Below are positions 38,392 through 46,699 of a DNA stretch of 64,000 nucleotides, in pieces; the stretch's first letter is position 1, and the number at the start of each line of letters is the position of its first letter. Below the pieces are notes generated by a model that was not told the DNA's origin, searched no databases, and saw nothing but the letters and a program-made list of their open reading frames with translations. Source of the DNA: an uncultured Chloroflexia bacterium (lineage in GTDB: Bacteria; Chloroflexota; Limnocylindria; Limnocylindrales; CSP1-4); assembly GCA_963750125.1 (NCBI GenBank), contig CAVVPT010000026.1:88993-152992 (forward strand), written 5' to 3'. Both the position numbers and the translations under genes were made by a program.

Positions 38392-40521
38392 CTATGGGCT
38401 CCCTGTGGGCGCACGCCCGAATCGCGCCGCGAACCCGCGCCGGATGCGGGCCAGCGCGTCGCGGTGATAGACGGCCCACTCGACGCACAGCGCGATGAGC
38501 ACGAGCATCACGATGGGGATCCACAGCTCGTCGCGCGTGGTCGGTCGGGGCCCGGCCACCGCCGGACCGCCGGCCGTGCCCGGGGAGGCACCGGGCTCAC
38601 CGCCCGACGCGGCACCGAGCTGCACCAGCCCGCGGCCGTCGCCCGGCGTGATCGTGAATTCGTGGACGTCGAACAGCGCCACGACGAACGAGTTCATGGC
38701 CGGATCGTCGTCACCGGCCGCAGCCGCAGCCGGAGCGCCCAAAGCCGGAGCGCCCGAAGCGGACGGCGAGCCCTCGGGTCGCACGGTCGGTCGCGGCGTG
38801 GAGCCGGATGGCACCGGTGACGCATCCGGATCGAGGATCGGGGTGACCGTGTACACGCCTGGCAACGCGGTACGGCTGTAGGTGACCGACGAACTGCCGT
38901 CAGTGCCCGGGACCAGCTCCTGGACGTCTCCGTCGGGTGCGGTGACGCGCAGGGCCACTGTTCCTGGCCGGATGGTCAGCTCCACCGGGTCGCCGGGACG
39001 GATCGGGTCGACCGGCGTCGACGATCCGCCAAGCAGCTCTCCGGTCAGGTTCGCCAGCAGGATCGGGAACGCGACCTGCAGCGGCAGGTCCGACTCGCGG
39101 GGATCGAAGGCGAGGACGGCGGTCGGCAGGCCCTCCCGCTGGCCGGCATACAGGAGCGGGGCACCGCGCGGTCCCGGAATGACGGCCCTGGCCCAGGCGG
39201 GGAGCGTCATCCGCGCCGCCTCGGCCACGTGGAGGGTCGACAGGTCGACGAAGCCGAGGATGGGCTCGTCCGGGTTGAGGGAGCCGATGCCCGGGTTCGT
39301 CAATGTCCCGTTGACCGCGCCGAGCGGGCTCGAGCGGTCCGGCGCGATCGCGAGGATCGGGACGTCGGGCAGCTCCGACGGCACGTCCCCCTCGAAGATC
39401 ACGAGGTCCCAGGGCTTGCCCTCGGGGTTGTCCGGGTTCCGTGCATAGTCGGCCGGCGTCCCCAACCACAGGTCGACATTGGGCAACTTCGAGAGCGCGG
39501 TTTCGAGATAGGGGTCGCCCTCGCCCACCACGAGGATCACCCGTTCGCGCGTCGGTGGCACGATAGCCCACGCCCGGTCGTCGAGCGCAAGCTGGTCGGG
39601 ATCGCCGGTCGCGCTGGGGTCGGCGGACGTGAGCCGGACCTCGAGGACATTGATCGTCCGCTCCCGGCCATTCGTGATGTCGTCGATCACGATGTCCTGG
39701 CGCGTCTGCGGATCGAGCTTCAGGTCCTGGGCCTCGATGAGTACGCCGTCGCCGTAGACCTCGAGCCGGCGTGCGGCTGAGTCGAGATCGAGGTTCGCGA
39801 CCCCGATGAACGCCGACTGGGTCAGCGCCGAGGGATCGGTCCGCACGGCGAGCGCGACGATCGCCTGGTTGTTGCGGTCGCGGCCGACGGGCAGGACGTG
39901 GATCGGGGCATCGACCTCGGTCGTGGGCGTCGCCGCGAGGGCGCCGTCGGTGGCGACGAGGATCTCTGCGTCGCCGGACCGCCGGGCGAGCTTCGAGGCG
40001 AGCTCCAGGGCATCACCGAGGTCGCCCGTCGTGCTGGTCGGCCGCAGGTCGTTGATTGCCTGGCGCACGCGGCCGAGGTCGCTCGTCTCGTTGGCCACGA
40101 TCCGCGCGGTCCGTTCGGCGGCGATCACGCTGACGACGCCGCCCGTTGGCAATTCCTTGAGCGCCTCGATCGCCGCCGACTTGGCCCCCTCGAGGCGGTC
40201 CGGCAGGACGTCGGTCGCGCCCATGCTGGCGGACGTGTCGACGACGAGGATGATGTCGCGCGCGAGGCCGGCCGGCCGCTCGAGGAACGGCCGGGCGGCG
40301 AGCAGCACGAGGATCAGGACGAGCAGGAGTTGGAGCAGCAGCAGGAGGCTCCGGCGCAACCGCTGCCACGGCGCGTTCGCCTCGACGTCCGTGAGCAGGC
40401 GCGACCAGAGCAGGGTGGACGGCACGACTGCCTCGTCACGCCGCAGCTTGAGCATGTACATCGCGATGACCGCGGGAATGAACAGCAGTCCGAGCAGCGC
40501 GAGGGGGTTGAGGAGCGGCAT
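38392..40521 (-). CDS. BatA-like protein: N-terminal double-TM aerotolerance-regulator-type domain plus VWA domain and a long extracytoplasmic region
   Basis: MPLLNPLALLGLLFIPAVIAMYMLKLRR (BatA_N type), VWA MIDAS VVDTSASMG, and a C-terminal TM. The stop directly abuts the next start. Confidence 0.8.
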   Translation of the reverse strand: MPLLNPLALLGLLFIPAVIAMYMLKLRRDEAVVPSTLLWSRLLTDVEANAPWQRLRRSLLLLLQLLLVLILVLLAARPFLERPAGLARDIILVVDTSASMGATDVLPDRLEGAKSAAIEALKELPTGGVVSVIAAERTARIVANETSDLGRVRQAINDLRPTSTTGDLGDALELASKLARRSGDAEILVATDGALAATPTTEVDAPIHVLPVGRDRNNQAIVALAVRTDPSALTQSAFIGVANLDLDSAARRLEVYGDGVLIEAQDLKLDPQTRQDIVIDDITNGRERTINVLEVRLTSADPSATGDPDQLALDDRAWAIVPPTRERVILVVGEGDPYLETALSKLPNVDLWLGTPADYARNPDNPEGKPWDLVIFEGDVPSELPDVPILAIAPDRSSPLGAVNGTLTNPGIGSLNPDEPILGFVDLSTLHVAEAARMTLPAWARAVIPGPRGAPLLYAGQREGLPTAVLAFDPRESDLPLQVAFPILLANLTGELLGGSSTPVDPIRPGDPVELTIRPGTVALRVTAPDGDVQELVPGTDGSSSVTYSRTALPGVYTVTPILDPDASPVPSGSTPRPTVRPEGSPSASGAPALGAPAAAAAGDDDPAMNSFVVALFDVHEFTITPGDGRGLVQLGAASGGEPGASPGTAGGPAVAGPRPTTRDELWIPIVMLVLIALCVEWAVYHRDALARIRRGFAARFGRAPTGSP

Positions 40522-40526
40522 GCCTG

Positions 40527-41468
40527 CTACCCGAGGACCCGGCGGCGGCGGAGCTCGGCGAACATCAGCTCAGCGAGGTTCGTGTCGGACGACAGGTCGA
40601 CGTAGCTGGCCCGGCGGCGCGCGGCAAGGTCCGCGAAGCCCTGCTTCCAGGCCGCGAGCCGCGCTTTGTACGCGTCGAGCGTGCCGAGGTCGGCGGTGAC
40701 GTCGACCTGGTCACCGGTCTCCGAGTCGACGAGCCGAAGGTCGCCCTCGAGCACAGGATCGAGCTCGTCGGGCGACAGCACATGAATGATGACCAGCTCC
40801 GAACCGGTCGCGGCCAGCTCGCGGATCACGCGGTCGGCGGCCGGGTCGAGCAGGTCGGACAGCAGGACCACGACGCCCCGTCCGGTGAGCTGGGCGGCCG
40901 CATGCCGGGCCGCGACGACCAGATCCGAGGGGCCTGCGGCGGGTTCGACGGCCGACAGGTCGGACAGGAGCCGGAAGACGCGCCCCGATCCGCGCAGGGC
41001 GGTCCGTCGGCGTGACGCGCGGCCGGCCATGACGCTGACCGTGACCCGGTCCTCGCTTGCGAGCGCGATGTACCCGAGCGCGGCCGCCGCGCGCTTCGCG
41101 AAGAGGAGCTTCTCGGGCTGGCCACTCGCCATCGATGCCGAGGCGTCGAGGAGCAGCGTGACCGTGACGTCCTCCTCCTCGATGAACAGCTTGACGAACA
41201 GCCGCTCGAGCCGCGCGTAGACGTTCCAGTCCAGCTGGCGGAGGTCGTCGCCCAGCGCGTACTCGCGGTAGTCCGCGAACTCCACGGACTGGCCGCGCTT
41301 GACGCTCCGCCGTCCGCCCTTGAGCCCACCGCGGACCGGCGATCGCATGAGCAGGAGCAGGCGCTCGAGCTGGCGCAGGAACGCCTCGTCGAAGACCGTC
41401 GTGTCGAGGTCGTTCGGCAGGAACGCCGGCCGCGTGCCGGGTTCGGGCGCGGGTGTCGAGCTCGTCAT
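40527..41468 (-). CDS. DUF58 protein (MoxR-associated)
   Basis: GGRRSVKRGQSVEFADYREYALGDDLRQLDWNVYARL signature, followed by the VWA-like LLLDASASM. Confidence 0.85.
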   Translation of the reverse strand: MTSSTPAPEPGTRPAFLPNDLDTTVFDEAFLRQLERLLLLMRSPVRGGLKGGRRSVKRGQSVEFADYREYALGDDLRQLDWNVYARLERLFVKLFIEEEDVTVTLLLDASASMASGQPEKLLFAKRAAAALGYIALASEDRVTVSVMAGRASRRRTALRGSGRVFRLLSDLSAVEPAAGPSDLVVAARHAAAQLTGRGVVVLLSDLLDPAADRVIRELAATGSELVIIHVLSPDELDPVLEGDLRLVDSETGDQVDVTADLGTLDAYKARLAAWKQGFADLAARRRASYVDLSSDTNLAELMFAELRRRRVLG

Positions 41469-41492
41469 CGGCCGGGGTGCCGCGCCCGAGCG

Positions 41493-42558
41493 CTATTCAA
41501 CCGAGGGCGCGGCGACGGAATTGAGGATGGACCGGATGACGGCCTCGCTCGTAATGCCCTCGGCCTCGCCTTCGAAGTTGAGGATGATCCGGTGGCGGAG
41601 GGAGGGCATGGCCACCGCCCGGATATCGTCGATCGAGACGTTGAAGCGCCCGTCGAGGAGCGCGTAGATCTTGCCGGCCGTGACGAGGGCCTGGGCGCCT
41701 CGCGGCGAGCCGCCGTAGCGGACGTATTCCCTGGCGAGCTCGGGCGCCCGAGGCTGATCGGGATGGGTCGCCGACAGCACGCTGACGGCGTAGGCCGTGA
41801 CATGCGGCGCGATCGGTACCGCGCGGGCGAGCCGCTGCATCTCGACGATCTCGGCGGCATTGCACACCTTGCTCGCCGTGATCGTCTCGGCGCCGGTGGT
41901 GCGGTCCATGATCGCGATGAGGTCCTCCTCGGACGGGAACGGGACCATGACCTTGAACAGGAAGCGATCGAGCTGCGCCTCGGGCAGCGGGTAGGTGCCT
42001 TCCATCTCGAGCGGGTTCTGGGTCGCGAGCACGAAGAACGGCGGGTCGAGCGGGTAGCGCTGCCGGCCGACGGTGACGCTGGTGCTCCTGCATGGCCTCG
42101 AGGAGGCTCGACTGCGTCTTCGGTGTGGCGCGGTTGATCTCGTCGGCGAGCACGAGGTTCGCGAAGATCGGGCCCGGCTGGAAGCGGAAGACCCGCGTGG
42201 CCGTCTTCCTCGATGAGGATGTTCGTGCCGGTGATGTCCGCCGGCATCAGGTCGGGGGTGAACTGGATCGCGATTGAACGTCGTGTCGATGACGTCGGCG
42301 ATGCGTCCGCACGAGCATCGTCTTGCCGAGCCCCGGGACACCTTCGAGGAGCACGTGGCCGTTCGCGAGCAGCCCGGTAAGCGTCTGGCGCACGAGCTCG
42401 CGCTGGCCCACGATGACGCGGCCGACCTCCTGTTCGATCGCCTGGGCGCGCTCGGCGAACGCCTCCGGCGCCAGGCGCTGGGTCGCGGAATCGAGGGTGG
42501 TCGGCGAGTCCATGGTTGCCTCCGGTTCGGTGCGGGTGTCGCCGCGTGCCGAGCTCAC
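41493..42558 (-). pseudogene. MoxR-family AAA+ ATPase with four apparent +1 insertions within ~230 nt
   Basis: Pieces lie in three frames: ..[16 protein letters not shown] | [11 protein letters not shown] | [26 protein letters not shown] | [37 protein letters not shown] | [39 protein letters not shown]... Breaks near 42302, 42270, 42190 and 42078. GTG at 42558 overlaps the upstream stop (GTGA). Confidence 0.8.
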
Positions 42559-44487
42559 TGCGAGGACGACGGGTTGAGCGAGCTGAAGTAGTCACGCACG
42601 TAGTCCTTCACCGACAGCGGGACGTACCCACGGTCGAGCGAGGTCTGCGCGTAGTTCTCGAAGTCCGAGAAGACGTCCTGGTAGGGGACGAACGAGCCGT
42701 TGTTCTGGCCCTGACCCTGCGAGCTGCCCTGCTGCGTCTGGCCGTCGCCGCCCGAGCCGGCGACGTACGAGGGATCGCCGGGCTTGCCGAGGCGCTCGTC
42801 GGGTGCGAACACCTTGGACAGGTCCTCGCCGAGCTCGGCTGCCCGATTGGCACCGGTTGGGAACGGCGGATTGCCGGTGTTGCCCTGGCCCTGGCCAAGC
42901 GAGCGGGCGCTCGAGCCACCACCGCCGATGGCGCCCTGACCCTGGCCCTGCCCCTGGCCTTGGCCCTGGCCCTGCCCCTGGCCCTGGCCTTGCCCCTGGC
43001 CCTGGCCCTGCCCCTGGCCCTGACCCTGGCCCTGGCCTTGCCCCTGACCCTGACCTTGCCTGACCCTGACCTTGCTGACCCTGACCCTGCTGACCCTGAC
43101 CCTGCTGACCCTGACCTTGCTGACCCTGACCTTGCTGACCCTGACCTTGCTGACCCTGACCTTGCTGACCCTGACCTTGCTGACCCTGGCCGGCGTTCGC
43201 GAGCTGCCGCTCCACGTCCTGGAGTCGCGCCGCCGCGCCCGCCAGATCACGATTCGTCGCAACGCGCTGTCCCGAGCCTTCGAGTGCCTCACCAAGCCGG
43301 CCGAGGGCGTCCCGCGCGCCGGCCGTGTCGCCCTGTGCCAGGCTCTGGGCGGCGTTGCCAAGGGCCGTTGCCGCGGCGCCGTCGGCCTGCGAAGCCGTCG
43401 CGCCGAGCTCCGCCAGCTGCCGCGCGAGGTCGCGCCGTTCCTGGTCCGTCATCTCGTCGAGTTGGTCGGCGAGCTCATCGACGTCCTGGCGCGTCTCCTC
43501 CGGATCGCCGTTCGGGTTCGCATCGGATTGCCCGGTGGCCGTCCGCGACAACGCTCGGCTGAGCGAGGTCAACGCCGACGCTCGCTGCTCGTTCGCGGGA
43601 TCGAGCTGGCTGCGGACACGACTTTCGGTCGCCGCGACCTGAGCGAGATTGTCGTTGAGGTCGCCAGGCTGATCGCGGAGCTGGCGGGCCAGCTCGCGGA
43701 GTTCCTCCGCCAGCTGGTCTCGCGGGTCGTCGGTCCGGTCGCCCTTCGCCTCGAGATCGCGTGCGATCTCCTCGATCCGCTCGGCCTGCCGGTTGGCCTC
43801 CTCGCGGACGCGCTGGTTCGTGGCGATGACGTCGGTCTGCGGGTTCGCGATGAGCAGCACCGGCGCAAGCGCGAGCGCGGCCACGAGCGCGATGGCGGCC
43901 GGCTTGCGCGAGAATCGAGGCTGGAACAGGCTTGGCCGGACCACGCGCAGCGCCGCAAGCGCATCGCGGCGCTGGCGCCGGACGAATTGCTCGGCGTCGC
44001 CCGGCTCGTCAGCCTGCGTGCCGGCCGGGTCGTCCACTTCGACGATGACGCCGGGGGCGGCGTAGGCCGGGAACGCGACCGCCAGTTCGAGCGCGCTGGA
44101 GACACGGTCGCCGAGCCGTCCTTCGGCATCCACGGCCAGCGCGGCCTCGCCGATCGACGGTCGAGCGTGGATGACTGCAGCAATGAGCGCGATCAGGCCC
44201 ACGACGGGGATGGCGACGCCGATGACCGGGGCGAACTCGAGCGCGACGAAACGTGCCACGGTCCACAGGACGAGCTCTGCGACGACGATCGCCGCGAGCG
44301 CGATCCACGTCCGGCGGACGATCCGCCGAAGCCACAGCCGCCGTCGGTGCGGGACCAACCCCGACCGGACTGCGATGAGCGTCGGGTCGAGCGGGCCGGA
44401 GATGGCACTCCGCGGGTCCGGCGGTACGACAGGGGCGGGCTCACCCGTGGGGCGGACCGAAGCCCGCAACGGCCCTCGGGCGCGCAT
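42555..44487 (-). pseudogene. Membrane-anchored coiled-coil protein with long Gly/Gln repeat tract and conserved C-terminal domain; one frame change inside the repeat (~43060)
   Basis: ATG at 44487 overlaps the permease stop. Contains TM helices (WIALAAIVVAELVLW, VIGVAIPVVGLIALIAAVI), a charged helical region, (QGQGQQ)n, then after the shift (GQ)n and ..GSFVPYQDVFSDFENYAQTSLDRGYVPLSVKDYVRDYFSSLNP. Confidence 0.65.
42935..43192 (-). repeat. Coding micro/minisatellite: ~21 x 6-nt (Gly-Gln) followed upstream by ~8 x 18-nt (QGQGQQ) units
   Basis: Plus-strand ctggcc/ctgacc/ctgccc/ttggcc units run from 42935 to ~43060. ctgaccctgaccttgctg-type units run from ~43061 to 43192. Confidence 0.9.
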
Positions 44488-45740
44488 CAGGCAGTTCTCC
44501 GCGGACGGCGCAACCGCATCCGCCAGCGGCGGGTCGGCGAGACGAGCTGGACGGACAGGGTGATCAGGATCGCGGACAGCACGAGCCACGCGATGACGCT
44601 GCGGGGCCAGAACGCGTTACGGGCGATGCCGAACTGCTGCACGGCGATCACGTCCGACGGGACGGCCAGTGCGCCGCGGCCGACGTCCGGTGCCGGCGCG
44701 CCGGCGAAGTCCACCGCCGGCATGGGCACAGGCTCGCCGGGGGGCACGTCGGAGAACACGACGACGCCTTCGGTGCCGGTGAGCAGCCCGGCCAGGGCGG
44801 CGCAGTACGAGCCGTACGTCGTCTGGGTGGTGCAGACAACGTCGGCCATGGCAAGGAACGGGTTGAGATAGGCGATCGCCTCGGGCGGTCGTCCCTTGAT
44901 CGGCCCGAAGCCGCCGGACGGCTCGCCGAAGCGCGGCTGGGTCATCGCACCCCAGAACACGAGGACGAAGATCGAGCCGAGCGTGATCGCCATGACCCCG
45001 AACGTCGTGATGACCGTGGCCGCCTGCGTTCGCTTGACGAGAGACGAGCAGAACAATCCGAACGCACCGAGCCCGAACGCGGTCGCGAACAGGACGATGT
45101 AGCCGCGGATGACATCGTCGGGGCCGACGCCGCCGAACACGAAGACGACGGCCGTCATCGGCACGGACGCGGCGATCAGGATGAACACGTAGGTGAGGGC
45201 GCTGAGCAGCTTGCCGACGACGATCGACACGGAGGAGATCGGCGTGGAGACGAGCAGGTCGAGCGTTTGCTTCTCGCGCTCGAGGCTGATCGCGCCGGCC
45301 GTGAACGCGGGTGCCAGCAGCACGACGAGGAGCGTGACGACGATCATCAGGCCGGCGAACAACTCCTGGCCGATTGCCGCGGACGCATAGGCGGCGGTCC
45401 CACCGCTCGATGCGCTGTAGCGCTGCTCGAGGATCAGCTCGTACATCCAGGCGAAGACGCCGAGGAGCATCAGGTACAGGGTCAGGACGACGAACGCGCG
45501 CCGACCGCGCATCCGGCCGCGGAGCTCCTTGACACCAACCGCCGACAGCCCGCCGGCGAGGCGGCGGAGCGCGCGGATCGGGTGCGGGCGACGCACGGCG
45601 GGTGCAGGTGTGCGACCCGTTGCCGCGGAGGCAGCAACGCTCTCTGCCCGGGCGCCATCGGCCGGCAGATCCTCCAGGGTCGGCGCGGGGACGTCCGGGG
45701 CGGGCCCGTCCATGACGTCGTCCATCGGACGCTCGGTCAT
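44487..45740 (-). CDS. ABC-2 type transporter permease with Pro/Ala-rich cytoplasmic N-terminal extension
   Basis: Six hydrophobic helices after a ~85-aa extension. ATGA overlap with the ATPase gene. Confidence 0.75.
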   Translation of the reverse strand: MTERPMDDVMDGPAPDVPAPTLEDLPADGARAESVAASAATGRTPAPAVRRPHPIRALRRLAGGLSAVGVKELRGRMRGRRAFVVLTLYLMLLGVFAWMYELILEQRYSASSGGTAAYASAAIGQELFAGLMIVVTLLVVLLAPAFTAGAISLEREKQTLDLLVSTPISSVSIVVGKLLSALTYVFILIAASVPMTAVVFVFGGVGPDDVIRGYIVLFATAFGLGAFGLFCSSLVKRTQAATVITTFGVMAITLGSIFVLVFWGAMTQPRFGEPSGGFGPIKGRPPEAIAYLNPFLAMADVVCTTQTTYGSYCAALAGLLTGTEGVVVFSDVPPGEPVPMPAVDFAGAPAPDVGRGALAVPSDVIAVQQFGIARNAFWPRSVIAWLVLSAILITLSVQLVSPTRRWRMRLRRPRRTA

Positions 45741-46699
45741 GCCGCGGCCTCCGGTTCGCGGTCCGTCGAGGTGACCTGGAGGAACAGCTCCTCGAGGTCG
45801 CTCGCCGCTCGCGAGAACGTGACGATCTGGATGCCCGCGCCAACGGCGCTCGCAAGCAACCGCGCGGAGGCCGCGTCGTCACCGCGGAACCCGAGCTCGA
45901 TCGTGCCGTCCTCGAGGATCGATGCGCTGGCGACCTCGGGATCGGCGGCGAAATGATCGCGCGCGGCTGCGAGCGCCTCGCCCTCGGCGATGACGTGGAC
46001 CCGCAGCACGGCGCCGAAGCGCAGGCGCCGCTCGATGTCGGCGACCCGGCCCTGGGCGAGCACCGAGCCGTGATCGACGATCGCGACGCTCGTGCAGAGC
46101 TCCTCGAGCTCGGGAAGGATGTGGCTGCTGATGATGATGGTCTTGCCCAGCGCACGGAGCTCGCGGAGCAGCTCACGCAGCTCGACGCGGGCCCGCGGAT
46201 CGAGGCCGGACGCCGGCTCGTCAAGCAGGAGCACCTGCGGGTCGTGGACCAGCGCGTGGGCGAGGCACAGGCGCTGCTGCATGCCCCGCGACAGCGCCTG
46301 GACGTACGTGTCGCGCTTGTTCGCCAGGTCGACCAGGTCCAGCAGGTCCCCGATCATTCGCCGCCGGCTGGCGGCGGGGATCCCGTAGCAGCGGCCGAAG
46401 AAGTCCAGGTATTCCCAGACCTTCATGTCGTCGTAGACGCCGAATGAATCAGGCATGAATCCGAGGACGCGGCGCACTTCGTCGGGGTTCCGGATGACGG
46501 AATAGCCGCAGATCTCGGCTTCGCCCGCGCTCGGTTGGAGCAGCGTGGCGAGGATGCGCAGGGTGGTCGTCTTGCCGGCGCCGTTCGGCCCGACCAGACC
46601 GAAGATCTCGCCCGGTTCGACCGCGAGATCGACGCCAGCGACCGCGACCGTCCTGTCGTAGCGCTTGACCAGCCCGTCGGCCCGCACGATGGCGCTCAC
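45737..46699 (-). CDS. ABC transporter ATP-binding protein
   Basis: GPNGAGKTT, LSRGMQQRLCLA, and LLLDEPASGLD. GTG at 46699 overlaps the upstream stop (GTGA). Confidence 0.88.
   Translation of the reverse strand: MSAIVRADGLVKRYDRTVAVAGVDLAVEPGEIFGLVGPNGAGKTTTLRILATLLQPSAGEAEICGYSVIRNPDEVRRVLGFMPDSFGVYDDMKVWEYLDFFGRCYGIPAASRRRMIGDLLDLVDLANKRDTYVQALSRGMQQRLCLAHALVHDPQVLLLDEPASGLDPRARVELRELLRELRALGKTIIISSHILPELEELCTSVAIVDHGSVLAQGRVADIERRLRFGAVLRVHVIAEGEALAAARDHFAADPEVASASILEDGTIELGFRGDDAASARLLASAVGAGIQIVTFSRAASDLEELFLQVTSTDREPEAAA

Noticed and set aside
42935-43192. Regular short repeats that could be mistaken for a CRISPR-like array
   Set aside because: The units are 6 and 18 nt with no unique spacers. 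They lie in frame within a protein (Gly/Gln tract), and no cas genes are present.
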